A program made the position numbers and the translations under genes. DNA of 64,000 nt from an uncultured Bacteroidales bacterium (lineage in GTDB: Bacteria > Bacteroidota > Bacteroidia > Bacteroidales > JAADJA01): NCBI GenBank assembly GCA_964421215.1, contig CAYQWA010000021.1:20571-84570 (forward strand). Reading direction: 5' to 3'. Below the pieces are notes generated by a model. The model saw only the letters and a program-made list of their open reading frames with translations. It was not told the origin of the DNA and searched no databases. Numbering within the stretch: the stretch's first letter is position 1; the number at the start of each line of letters is the position of its first letter. Below are positions 26,013 to 35,679 of this stretch, piece after piece.

Positions 26013-28205
26013 CTATAATGTTTCGTCATCAAATGTTAATCTTGTATCTAACCGGATGTCATTTGCCGACCTGCCCACCTGGATCTCATATGATCCGGGT
26101 TCTATCTTATACTGTTGATGTTCCGTGTCCCAATACTTTAGTGTTTCTGTATTGATTAAAATTTTAACTGATTTCATTTCATCTTTTTTAAGATGAACTC
26201 GTGCAAGCCCGACTAATTTTTTAATGGGTTGTGATTGAGCAGGGTCAATCTTAGATGCATATACCTGGACAACTTCATCACCATCAAAATCGGATGTATT
26301 TTTTATATCCACGATGAAAAATGGAGTTACTCCTTCAACACCAACCAAAAGCTTTAAATAATCAAAGTCAGAATAAGTTAATCCATGACCGAAGGTATAG
26401 AGTGGCAGACCTTCAAAATATTTGTAAGTCCTTCCCTCCATACTATAATCTTCAAAAGGAGGAAGATCATCAGTACTTTTATAAAAAGTAACGGGGAGCT
26501 TTCCTGAAGGATTCATCTCTCCAAACAAAATATCAGCCATTGCATATCCTCCCTGTTCACCGGGATACCAGGCAAACAAAACAGCATCAGCCATTTCATG
26601 AATTTCTGGTATTGCCATAGCACTTCCACCTGTTATAACCACAATCAAAGGTCTGTTCTTGATACGCTCTTTAACCATCTTTACGTATTTGATCTGGTTA
26701 TCAGGCAACTCTATCCTTTTCCGATCTCCCCCATTGGGGTTTAACAGGGCATCTCCTTCCTCTCCCTCGTAAAGTGAATTTATCCCCAGACAAACCACAA
26801 CCGCATCAGCTCTTTCAGCTTGCCAGAAACCATGAAAAAGAGAATCGTTGTGGAACATAAATCCCTGGTTGTACTCTACAATGGTTCCTTCATCCACTTT
26901 TGAAACAATGCCTTCAAGGAAAGTGGTCAATTCACCGGAAAAACCATTATAGTTCCCCAGCAGGCAAGTCACATCCGCTGCTGTGGGTCCAAGAACCAGG
27001 AGGTTCTTTAGTGTATTTTTATCAAGTGGTAATGCTTTATTTTCATTTTTGAGCAGAACAATGGATTTGGAGGCAGCTTCATAAGCCAGTTTTTTATGTT
27101 CATCACAATTAACCACATCTGGTTTGATGGAAGCATAAGGATTCAGATGATCCGGATCAAACAATCCCAGTTTAAACCTGGTCTGCAAAAGGGGTATTAA
27201 AGCTTCATCAACAATTTGCTCATCTATAAATCCAGTATCCACTGCTTGAGGTAAGTATTTATAGATATATCCACAATTGAGATTCACTCCGGCCATAGCA
27301 GCCATAGCGGCAGCATCAACTTTTTCATTCACTACATTGTGCCTTAGCCATATATCATCCAACGCCCAGCAATCGGAAACAATATGTCCCTGAAAGTTCC
27401 ATTCCTCCCGTAGTATATCATTCAACAAATATTTACTTCCGCAACAAGGCTCATCGTAAGTACGATTATAGGCACACATTACAGCCTCTACATTGGCTAC
27501 TTCAACCAGGTGTTGAAATCCTGGCAAATAGGTTTCCCTGAAGTCTCTTTCATTGGGAATTGCATTAAAGAAATGCCTGCCCTTTTCCGGCCCGCTGTGA
27601 ACAACATAATGTTTGGCACATGCAGCAGCTTTCAGGTATTTGGGGTGATCACCCTGAAGGCCCTTTACGAATGCTCCACCTAATATTGAAGTTAGAAATG
27701 GATCTTCGCCATAGGTTTCCTGTCCTCTTCCCCAGCGTGGATCACGAAAAATGTTGATGTTTGGCGTCCAAAAGGACAAACCCATGTATTGGGCACGATT
27801 GTCTTTTCGAATTGCTGCATGGTGTTTGGCCCTTGCCTCAGTGGAAATGGCATCTGCCACACGAAATACAAGGTCTTCATCAAATGTAGCGGCCAGGCCA
27901 ATTGCCTGTGGAAACACTGTAGCTTTACCAGCACGTCCAACACCATGTAAACATTCATTCCACCAATTGTATTCCGGGATGCCAAGTCTCTCTATTGCCG
28001 GACTATTGTAGAGCATTAGTGAAGCTTTTTCTTCAAGAGTCAGTCTTGAAACCAGGTCAGCCACACGTTCATCAATCGTTAGCCCTGAATTCTGAAAAGG
28101 AAATTCTACCGATTCTTTCTTTTCCCCGGATTCCGACGGAGCATTTGAGCAGGAACTTATTCCAAGTAATAAAACAATAAGGTAAAATGGGACGAAAGTT
28201 TTCAT
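26013..28205 (-). CDS. Glycoside hydrolase family 3 (beta-glucosidase/beta-xylosidase type)
   Basis: It has a lipoprotein signal (ISSCS). GH3 motifs are WNECLHG, FRDPRWGRGQETYGEDP, KHYVVHSGPE, the nucleophile region GHIVSDCWA, and a C-terminal FN3-like domain. Confidence 0.93.
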   Translation of the reverse strand: MKTFVPFYLIVLLLGISSCSNAPSESGEKKESVEFPFQNSGLTIDERVADLVSRLTLEEKASLMLYNSPAIERLGIPEYNWWNECLHGVGRAGKATVFPQAIGLAATFDEDLVFRVADAISTEARAKHHAAIRKDNRAQYMGLSFWTPNINIFRDPRWGRGQETYGEDPFLTSILGGAFVKGLQGDHPKYLKAAACAKHYVVHSGPEKGRHFFNAIPNERDFRETYLPGFQHLVEVANVEAVMCAYNRTYDEPCCGSKYLLNDILREEWNFQGHIVSDCWALDDIWLRHNVVNEKVDAAAMAAMAGVNLNCGYIYKYLPQAVDTGFIDEQIVDEALIPLLQTRFKLGLFDPDHLNPYASIKPDVVNCDEHKKLAYEAASKSIVLLKNENKALPLDKNTLKNLLVLGPTAADVTCLLGNYNGFSGELTTFLEGIVSKVDEGTIVEYNQGFMFHNDSLFHGFWQAERADAVVVCLGINSLYEGEEGDALLNPNGGDRKRIELPDNQIKYVKMVKERIKNRPLIVVITGGSAMAIPEIHEMADAVLFAWYPGEQGGYAMADILFGEMNPSGKLPVTFYKSTDDLPPFEDYSMEGRTYKYFEGLPLYTFGHGLTYSDFDYLKLLVGVEGVTPFFIVDIKNTSDFDGDEVVQVYASKIDPAQSQPIKKLVGLARVHLKKDEMKSVKILINTETLKYWDTEHQQYKIEPGSYEIQVGRSANDIRLDTRLTFDDETL

Positions 28206-28223
28206 GATTTAATTTTTAACAGA

Positions 28224-29582
28224 TCAATGAATGATCAGTATTTTAACAACCGCTTTACCACCTAAATCAAGTCTCAAATAATATATACCATTTTCAAGGT
28301 TTGACAAATCAATGTGATTGATGATAGTGCCATTGCTGGTAAGAAGAGAGCCCTCTGCAACTGCTTTGCCATTAACGTCCATTACCAAATAAGGAGCAGA
28401 ATTATGCATCACTTGACAATTGGTGTACAATTCAAAAATACCTTTCCCTGGATTGGGTGAAATGAAAACACCTGATTGTTCCAGGATCTCCTCAGCCAAA
28501 CTGATCATAACCTGAATTGTATCGTATGCCACATCATCAAAACAATCATTACTTACTGACTGTGACACAGGATAGGTACCACTTTCAGTATAAATATGGC
28601 TGGGATTTGATAGCGTTGAAGTACTGCCGTCACCAAAATCCCAAATCCATGAATCGGCGTTTAATGAAACATCAGAAAAGGAGAAAGTTGCTCCCAGTCC
28701 TATCACATTAAATCCGGCTATTGCAACATTGCCAAGATCGAACCAGCTTTGCCAGTCCAGTTCGTAATTGATGTTTGTATACGTATCGAAAAAAGTGAAA
28801 TTATAATCCTCATTCAGGACAACTTCTTCTGCCATTTGTTGCAGAAAGGTTGCTTGTGATTCGGGTAAGCCTGCAGTAAAAATGGATCCAACAGGTGATT
28901 TTTGAAACATTGTAGCATACATTACACAAGCCGTTAAGTAAGTTCCGGATAAGGAGGGGTGGCTGTTGTCACCGGAATATAAATTGATGAGGCTGTCCGG
29001 ATCGTTATCCATAGCATGCTTCCATGCCAAACCAACCGGGGCAACTGTGGATCCATTTTCCTCGGCCATGGTCATGTAACCGGCCATCAATCTTTCCTGC
29101 ATACCCAGGAAAGTACATACCGGCGGCCAACCTGCACAGTTTTGCTGGTCACCGTATTTTCTCCCCCAAGTCATAAAGAACACTGTTTCCGAACAGGGAT
29201 TGTTGGATTTAATCGAATCGTTTAAAATTGTAGCATAAGGTAATACTTCACTGGCAACCTGTGAGGGAGGCCATGAAGGTTCCTGGCTTTGGGCCTGGAG
29301 TACAACAAAATCCCAGTCTTCCTGACTGATCTTTGCCAGTGTGGTAGCATTGCTTGCATGATTCAACAGCCTGTACCCTCCGGGTGTATTGCTGTCATAA
29401 AATACTGAATCTCCCATTGATGAAGCTAATTTTGAAACTTTCTCGGGTAAATTATGGGAAGCAGTATAACTGTTTCCCAGAAACAGGATATTTTTCTCCT
29501 GGCTAAACACTAAAACATTGGCCACCAATGTCCATACGGTTATTAAAATGATCTTACTTATTATTGAAAATGTGTTAATCAT
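28224..29582 (-). CDS. Secreted SGNH-type esterase with a PKD domain and T9SS C-terminal sorting domain
   Basis: The block-I Ser is in ILFLGNSYT and the block-V D..H in GDNSHPS. The PKD segment is WIWDFGDGSTS...GTYPVSQSVSND. The C-terminus is ISPNPGKG...GIYYLRL.... Confidence 0.85.
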   Translation of the reverse strand: MINTFSIISKIILITVWTLVANVLVFSQEKNILFLGNSYTASHNLPEKVSKLASSMGDSVFYDSNTPGGYRLLNHASNATTLAKISQEDWDFVVLQAQSQEPSWPPSQVASEVLPYATILNDSIKSNNPCSETVFFMTWGRKYGDQQNCAGWPPVCTFLGMQERLMAGYMTMAEENGSTVAPVGLAWKHAMDNDPDSLINLYSGDNSHPSLSGTYLTACVMYATMFQKSPVGSIFTAGLPESQATFLQQMAEEVVLNEDYNFTFFDTYTNINYELDWQSWFDLGNVAIAGFNVIGLGATFSFSDVSLNADSWIWDFGDGSTSTLSNPSHIYTESGTYPVSQSVSNDCFDDVAYDTIQVMISLAEEILEQSGVFISPNPGKGIFELYTNCQVMHNSAPYLVMDVNGKAVAEGSLLTSNGTIINHIDLSNLENGIYYLRLDLGGKAVVKILIIH

Positions 29583-29627
29583 AAATATCTACTATAATAG
29601 TTTTTAATAAATAATGCTAAGTTTCAA

Positions 29628-31949
29628 TTACATCCCTCCTTCCATCTGTTGTTCAAGTTCTCTTGCCTGCATCAGGAATGTTTCTACATCCATATCCTTA
29701 TAAAAGATCAACCCATGTGTTGCTCTTAATTTCGGATGCTCACTCTGGTAGAAATAAGCTTTACCCAGCAAATACCTAATTGCAGAATATTGCTCCGTCC
29801 AGATCTTTTGAGCCAGTTCACTAAATTTTCCATCATGCATATAACTTGGAAATGAAGCATGGACCTGAGAGAGGTAACAATGTGAAAACGATTCATCAAA
29901 ATTAGATAAAGAATTAAGAGAAACCGGCACAATCACATCTGCTTCAGCAGGATGAAAACGGTACCACACATTGCGGTATCCCATTATTCTCAGTTTAGAC
30001 AGATCATCTTCTTTGCCCCAAAGTTTTATTGCTTCGGCCAGGGCCTGTAAAACCTTGTAATGCGTATCAGGGCCACTTCCTTCAGGATCAAGTGCAAGGC
30101 TGATAACTGTGGGTTTAATGTTTCTCAACATTTCCAGGATAGGGAGAACATCCCTTTGCTTCTCTGGTTGTTCGGTGAAAATATCCCCGGTATAAAATCC
30201 AAGCCTTAAATGATGGACATTTTTAACCTGTACTCCATAATGAGCCCATACCAACTCCTCTTCAAATTCTCTTATTTTACCTTTAAATGTTTGAATGTCT
30301 GGAGGATTCTTTTCTCCATCATAAGAGTTATTCAAAAGGTGAAGTATCTGTTCAATCTTAATTTCAAGGTCCCTTAAAGAATTCAGTTCATATATTTCGG
30401 TTAACACCCTGACGATCCTGTGACAAACTGCACGAATCCGCTCATGAGGTTCACCGGATGCTACTTTGTTCAGGTAATGATAAACATCCTTATCCCATTT
30501 GAATTTATAGCCTTTCTCAAAAAAATCAGGGTAATTGACCATTCCAATCATGTCATCTTTCAGAAGCATCTGTACATCCTTAAGTGACTTGATCACAAAT
30601 GAATTGGTCACTGCTGTAAATCCTGAGGTCAGTACAACAAAATTAAAACTGTTGCTAACCTGTCTGAGTTCCTGACTGATTTCCGGAAGCAATCCCAGCA
30701 TTATGTCATCATGGTGAGGCCCGGTATGAAAAAACCTCTCCTTCTTCATTTTATAAAGTCCCCGGGTTATTTTCCCTGCAACTCTCTCCATGACATTCTT
30801 CACAGTATTTTCATTCAATCCCGGGATCAACCTGGCATATCGATCATTTTTAATGTCATCAAGGGTTAAATCCTTCCCAAATTTATCGAGCTTGCGGCAT
30901 AGATCTGTGATTACCCTTTCGGTTTTCTCGCCTGTCCATTGTCCTGAATGATAATATTCTTCAATACTTTCCTGCAATGTGATTGCAGCTCCTTTTGTAA
31001 TATAAAACCTGCCATTTTTCAGCTTTTGCAGAGCAGTGGCAGGATATAAGTTGGAGGGAGGGTTTTCAAGGGCATTTTTGACCACATCTGCCTTTGCCTC
31101 TCCGGCAGCAATAATGATAGCTACAGCTTCAGGATTCTGAACAATGGTGTTAAGTCCGATAGTAATGACCAGCCGGTTTCTTGATACCTCAATTCCTCCC
31201 AGATCTCCTGCTGCCACAGCCTGGGTCTCAAAATTCGTTTCAGTCAGCCGGGTAGTTGAGTTATGATCCGATCCACGGACATTAAATGCAATATGTCCGT
31301 CAGGACCGATACCACCAAGGAAAAATCCGATGCCACCCTTCTCTTCAACTTTTTGCTCATATTCACTGCACCACTGGTCGATCATATAGATCGATTGCTG
31401 TTGAATAAATTCATTTTTCGACTGACAATCTTTGTACCTCAGGCTAAGGTCAATAGTCAGGTCAGGAAAGACTTCCGCAAAATATTTTCCCTCAAACAAA
31501 GGAATTTTTTCTGAATCAATAAGTAAAGCCCGATTTTCATCCAATCCAAATCCTTTTAAATAAAACTCCTTCACGTAATGATAAAAACTATTGTGCTGCT
31601 TTGAACTGATAGGATAAAACTCATCGATCTGAACAAATTGAAGGCCTCGTAATTCAGGTTTTTTTTCGAGGTCAAGGCTGTATTTTTTTCTTAAAGTTTC
31701 AACATCCCTTGAGTTCCAACCAGACAGGATGTATTTTGTCCATTTGATAAAGTGTTCAGGAGTTTTTCCAGTAGGCAGACTGATTACTCCTTCAGGGTTT
31801 TCGGCAACCCATTCAAGGAACCTTAAGGAAGTTATCAATCCAAGTTGTGGAAAATTATTTACAGTGATATAGGGGATTTTCGTAGAAATCTTTTGGATTG
31901 ATTGCAATCCGAAAAAAGCTTTTTCAACTTTTGAAAATGTGTTGTTCAT
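29628..31949 (-). CDS. Glucosamine-6-phosphate deaminase-like domain fused to a PIG-L/LmbE-like deacetylase-like domain (773 aa)
   Basis: The N-terminal part has NagB motifs (SLPTGKTP, VQIDEFYPI, GGIGPDGHIAFNVRGS). The C-terminal half contains HTGPHHDDIMLG, the PIG-L family (A/P)HPDD-type metal motif. Confidence 0.85.
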   Translation of the reverse strand: MNNTFSKVEKAFFGLQSIQKISTKIPYITVNNFPQLGLITSLRFLEWVAENPEGVISLPTGKTPEHFIKWTKYILSGWNSRDVETLRKKYSLDLEKKPELRGLQFVQIDEFYPISSKQHNSFYHYVKEFYLKGFGLDENRALLIDSEKIPLFEGKYFAEVFPDLTIDLSLRYKDCQSKNEFIQQQSIYMIDQWCSEYEQKVEEKGGIGFFLGGIGPDGHIAFNVRGSDHNSTTRLTETNFETQAVAAGDLGGIEVSRNRLVITIGLNTIVQNPEAVAIIIAAGEAKADVVKNALENPPSNLYPATALQKLKNGRFYITKGAAITLQESIEEYYHSGQWTGEKTERVITDLCRKLDKFGKDLTLDDIKNDRYARLIPGLNENTVKNVMERVAGKITRGLYKMKKERFFHTGPHHDDIMLGLLPEISQELRQVSNSFNFVVLTSGFTAVTNSFVIKSLKDVQMLLKDDMIGMVNYPDFFEKGYKFKWDKDVYHYLNKVASGEPHERIRAVCHRIVRVLTEIYELNSLRDLEIKIEQILHLLNNSYDGEKNPPDIQTFKGKIREFEEELVWAHYGVQVKNVHHLRLGFYTGDIFTEQPEKQRDVLPILEMLRNIKPTVISLALDPEGSGPDTHYKVLQALAEAIKLWGKEDDLSKLRIMGYRNVWYRFHPAEADVIVPVSLNSLSNFDESFSHCYLSQVHASFPSYMHDGKFSELAQKIWTEQYSAIRYLLGKAYFYQSEHPKLRATHGLIFYKDMDVETFLMQARELEQQMEGGM

Positions 31950-31960
31950 AGTTTACAGGA

Positions 31961-33262
31961 TTAATGCAAATCCACTTCCCCATCCAATAAAACAGCAATA
32001 ACAGTAATGTATTCATCCAGAACATGACTTGGCACATCAATAAAAACCAAACCCGGAATGCTGCTCCACCAGGGTTTCATTTTAATTTCATGGTCGAGTT
32101 TAGTTCCATTGCCCACGACCCAGATGCTGTTGATTTTGTTCTTCAGGCCCTTAATCATCACTGGTCCGTTTGGTTGACCTGTTACGAACAAGTACAATAT
32201 CTTTCCATCCTTCGATAAGGTTGAAGGCCCTTCGAAGTAATTTCTTGGAATTCCTGCTTTAGTTCCAAAAATCGCGTTATCATATTTTTTTGTCCATTCT
32301 CCGAGTTCCTTTAAAATGTTAACCTGTTCTTGAGGTATTGTCCCATCCGCTTTGGGGCCAATATCCAGTAACAGGTTACCTCCATTAGATATTACATCAG
32401 CAAATATCCGCATGACCTGGTAGGGCGTTTTGTAATTTTTATCATTACCCTGGTATCCCCAGGAATCGTTCATGGTCATACATAATTCCCAGTATTTATC
32501 TTTGGGCTTGTGAACCGGCAATCCCTGTTCGGGTGTGGCATAATCGCCATATCCCTGTAAACGGCTGTTAATGATCACCTTTTTGTTTTTCTTTAGAAGT
32601 AAATCCCTGATCTCCTTTGCCCGCCACTTTTCTGCACTCTGCTCCCAATCGCCATCAAACCATACCAGATCGGGTTTGTAATTATCCATTACTTCATTGA
32701 TCTGGCTGATGTTGAACTTCATGAATTTTTCCCAGCGAACAGAATCTTCTTCATATCGTTTTTCAATTTTTGTAAAATTCGGATAATCAGGATGAGACCA
32801 GTCGAGAAGGCTGTAATACATTCCCACTTTCAGTTTTTCTTTTCTCAGGCTCTTAACAAAAGGTTTTAATAAGTCTCTTCCGGCAGGTGTTTTCTTTACC
32901 ACATTGAGATCACTGAACTTACTATCCCAAAGAGCGACTCCATCATGATGCTTGGAAGTGATCACCGCATATTTTGCCCCACTTTCTTTTATCAAAATTG
33001 CCCACTCAACCGGATCGTATTTATCAGCAGTAAATCCATCCAGTTGTTTCATGTAATCTTCATGAGAAATGTAACCGTTAAAAAAGGACCAGGATTCATC
33101 AATACCATTTACACCGTAAATTCCCCAATGGATAAATATGCCAAGCTTGGCATCGCCAAACCACTCAAACCGGGTAGAATCCGGAACAGGGGATTGGGAG
33201 AAGGTTGAATTAATAGTAACAAGGAAAATGATGAAGATCAATAGGATATTTCTTTTTTTCAT
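31961..33262 (-). CDS. Alpha-L-fucosidase, GH29
   Basis: Motifs are WFGDAKLGIFIHWGIY, GAKYAVITSKHHDGVALWDS and PDLVWFDGDW. I trimmed the start to MKKRNILLIFIIFLV (ATG 33262). Confidence 0.93.
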   Translation of the reverse strand: MKKRNILLIFIIFLVTINSTFSQSPVPDSTRFEWFGDAKLGIFIHWGIYGVNGIDESWSFFNGYISHEDYMKQLDGFTADKYDPVEWAILIKESGAKYAVITSKHHDGVALWDSKFSDLNVVKKTPAGRDLLKPFVKSLRKEKLKVGMYYSLLDWSHPDYPNFTKIEKRYEEDSVRWEKFMKFNISQINEVMDNYKPDLVWFDGDWEQSAEKWRAKEIRDLLLKKNKKVIINSRLQGYGDYATPEQGLPVHKPKDKYWELCMTMNDSWGYQGNDKNYKTPYQVMRIFADVISNGGNLLLDIGPKADGTIPQEQVNILKELGEWTKKYDNAIFGTKAGIPRNYFEGPSTLSKDGKILYLFVTGQPNGPVMIKGLKNKINSIWVVGNGTKLDHEIKMKPWWSSIPGLVFIDVPSHVLDEYITVIAVLLDGEVDLH

Positions 33263-33289
33263 AGAGATTAAGATTGGAACGCTGATGAC

Positions 33290-33348
33290 ACAGATTTTAC
33301 AGATTTTCACAGATTTGTTTATCTGCGTTAATCAGCTTTATCTGCGTT
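33290..33348. repeat. Tandem 9-mers ACAGATTTT x3 (33290-33316) followed by TTTATCTGCGTT x2 (33318-33329, 33337-33348)
   Basis: I read them directly. ATCTGCG is a one-mismatch reverse complement of CACAGAT. The repeats lie 28-86 nt upstream of the GH29 start, in a divergent promoter region. Confidence 0.75.
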
Positions 33349-33430
33349 TTCTGTGTTCTATTTTAACACTTATAATCGGGGATTACATCGTACTTTCCGA
33401 CAAATCTACAGAACAAAGTATTTTAAATGA

Positions 33431-33438
33431 TATTTTTG
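33431..33438 (+). promoter_or_regulatory. Possible -7 box TATTTTTG
   Basis: It matches TAnnTTTG and lies 29 nt upstream of the ATG at 33467. Confidence 0.3.
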
Positions 33439-33466
33439 TTTAATAAATTCTCAATCTAAATAATTT

Positions 33467-33871
33467 ATGTGGTCCTGTCCCGTTTGTCACCGGTCTTTTC
33501 AAATTACCAACCAGGAACATAGTTGTATGGTTACCGACCTGGAGTCGCATTTTGAAAATAAAGGTACGAATGTAATTCAAACCTTTGAAAAAATACTCAG
33601 TGAGGTTTCAGCATATGATGGAGTCAGGATTAATTCTGTAAAAAACGCCATTCTGTTTACAGCAAAGAGCAACTTCCTGGCAGTTAAACCGAAAAAAGCA
33701 TGGCTGGATATTGAGTTTGTACTGGGCGAAAAAACTGAAGGATTTCCGATTTATAAAACCATGCAGGCATCAAAAAGTAAATGGGCGCATTTTGTGAGGC
33801 TGGAATCACCGGATGAGGTCGATGGGCAGTTGATTGAATGGTTTCGGGGTGCCTATGATGTTTCTAAGTAA
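33467..33871 (+). CDS. Small hypothetical protein (DUF5655-like)
   Basis: It is a 134-aa ORF with an N-terminal CPVC...C motif. Its C-terminal part recalls DUF5655 family proteins. The assignment is from memory only. Confidence 0.65.
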   Translation: MWSCPVCHRSFQITNQEHSCMVTDLESHFENKGTNVIQTFEKILSEVSAYDGVRINSVKNAILFTAKSNFLAVKPKKAWLDIEFVLGEKTEGFPIYKTMQASKSKWAHFVRLESPDEVDGQLIEWFRGAYDVSK

Positions 33872-33971
33872 AATATGATGTTATATTCAAAGTGATGGTT
33901 TGTAATCCCAATGAAGAAGATTTACAGCTTAATAATAAATCATGTAATTTTATCCTTGTAAATCCCAACCC

Positions 33972-34679
33972 ATGGACTATTCAAAATTATTCACAAATAT
34001 TCAATCCCGATTTAAAGAATCGATAGACCAGGAACGAGCAGAGTGGGCGAAAACTTATTACCCTTCGAAGTTAAAGATCCTTGGAGTCATCGTTCCAGAT
34101 TTAAAAGTCATTTTAAAAGATGTTATCAGGGAATTAAAGAAAGAACCTCCGGAGAGAGTAATTTCCTTTATCAAACAGCTGGTTAATACGAATGTTTTTG
34201 AGAATGTACAGTTGGCTTATGAAGTTTTAGACAAACACAAAATAGCTTTTGCTGCTTTAACAGCAGAAGATGTACTGGAAATTCGTAAAGGCCAGGACAA
34301 CTGGGTACTGGTTGATTATTATGCAGGCTTGATTGCCGGCCCAATATGGCGGGATGGTGTTCTTTCAGACGAAGTATTGTATAAATGGCTGGAATCTGAA
34401 AATTTCTGGGATCGCAGAACTGCAGTTGTTTGCACTATTGCGCTGAACCAAAAAGCCCGTGGAGGAACTGGTGATCCGGAAAGAACCCTTGAAATCTGTA
34501 AACGGGTGGCTTCTGATAAAACCGATATGGTGGCCAAAGCATTATCCTGGGCTTTGCGGGAACTGGCCAAAAGAGAGGTGCAGCCCGTAAAGGAATTCAT
34601 GGAAGAATTTGAAGATGTTCTTCCAAAAAGGGTAATCCGTGAGGTTGGGAGAAAGATTGAAACAGGGAGGAAATATTAA
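33972..34679 (+). CDS. DNA alkylation repair protein (AlkD-like HEAT-repeat family)
   Basis: The length and motifs are typical of PF08713-type proteins (RAEWAKTYYPSKLKILGV, WALRELAK). Confidence 0.8.
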   Translation: MDYSKLFTNIQSRFKESIDQERAEWAKTYYPSKLKILGVIVPDLKVILKDVIRELKKEPPERVISFIKQLVNTNVFENVQLAYEVLDKHKIAFAALTAEDVLEIRKGQDNWVLVDYYAGLIAGPIWRDGVLSDEVLYKWLESENFWDRRTAVVCTIALNQKARGGTGDPERTLEICKRVASDKTDMVAKALSWALRELAKREVQPVKEFMEEFEDVLPKRVIREVGRKIETGRKY

Positions 34680-34875
34680 AGTGAGCATGCCTCTAAAATA
34701 TGGTTCACACAAAACTCGAAAAGATAAAATTTGATCTTAAATAATCCGAATTGGAGTAAATAAAGACTTCGAAGGTAAGCGGCAAAATTGATTCTGGAAA
34801 AACATTCCATCCCATCCCATCAAGTAATTAAACCTAACAGGATGTACAATGCTGTTTTTTATTACTCTTTAAAGG

Positions 34876-35640
34876 CTATTGACCTACCATCTCAGCACCT
34901 ACCTTTTCACCCAGATCACGTGGGGTCAACCCGATACCGTTTCCATGATGCATGGGTGCACTGCCTCGTAAATCTGGCAAGGCAAAAGTCGTTTCACCAT
35001 CACCACCATAGGTAGTTCCTAAAATAGAAAATAGTGCCTGATTCTGATTTATTGATAGGAGTTGACCATTGCAAAAAGCCCATCCCTGTGGAGCAAAATT
35101 TCCGGCAAACATACTTATCTCACCAATAAAAGGCAATACACTTTTATTTTGTGAGGGAAAAATACCTACCAATGCAATAATATAGCTTATTCCTAAGGAG
35201 GGTTGCATATTTGAATTTGTTCCAAAAGTCAGCGTACTCCCATCGCCAGTAAAGTTTGTTCCATTAACAGTTCCGATAACATCCAACTCCTCGTTTGGGG
35301 ATGTACCAATTCCCACATTAGCAGTTGTTGACATATTATTGCCATTGATGATCCAATCACCGTCGCTGGCTCCGCTAAATTGTTTCCATACGGCTCCATC
35401 GAAGAAGTAAAAATCGTTTGCATCGGTTAAATATATTAACAAACCGGTTGCAGGTGCTACAATGGCATCTCTTTCAGCAGTAGTCATCCGAGGAACTAAT
35501 ATCCCTTTGTCTGTGCTTTTTACATCCAGCATGGCAGAAGCATCTGCATCGCTGCCATCTGTTGTAAATGCAACTTGCGCTGTTAAGCTAAAGCTTCCAA
35601 TCATTGAGCATACTATCAATAATAGTTTTAGTTTTTGCAT
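34876..35640 (-). CDS. Secreted phage-tail-collar domain protein (MdpB-like), paralog A
   Basis: It has a signal peptide (..SLTAQ). The collar domain reads PFIGEISMFAGNFAPQGWAFCNGQLLSINQNQALFSILGTTYGGDGETTFALPDLRG. It is preceded by NMQPSLGISYIIALVGIFPSQN. Confidence 0.87.
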   Translation of the reverse strand: MQKLKLLLIVCSMIGSFSLTAQVAFTTDGSDADASAMLDVKSTDKGILVPRMTTAERDAIVAPATGLLIYLTDANDFYFFDGAVWKQFSGASDGDWIINGNNMSTTANVGIGTSPNEELDVIGTVNGTNFTGDGSTLTFGTNSNMQPSLGISYIIALVGIFPSQNKSVLPFIGEISMFAGNFAPQGWAFCNGQLLSINQNQALFSILGTTYGGDGETTFALPDLRGSAPMHHGNGIGLTPRDLGEKVGAEMVGQ

Positions 35641-35679
35641 AATAATTATGTTATTTATGTTAACATGAAAATTGATAGC

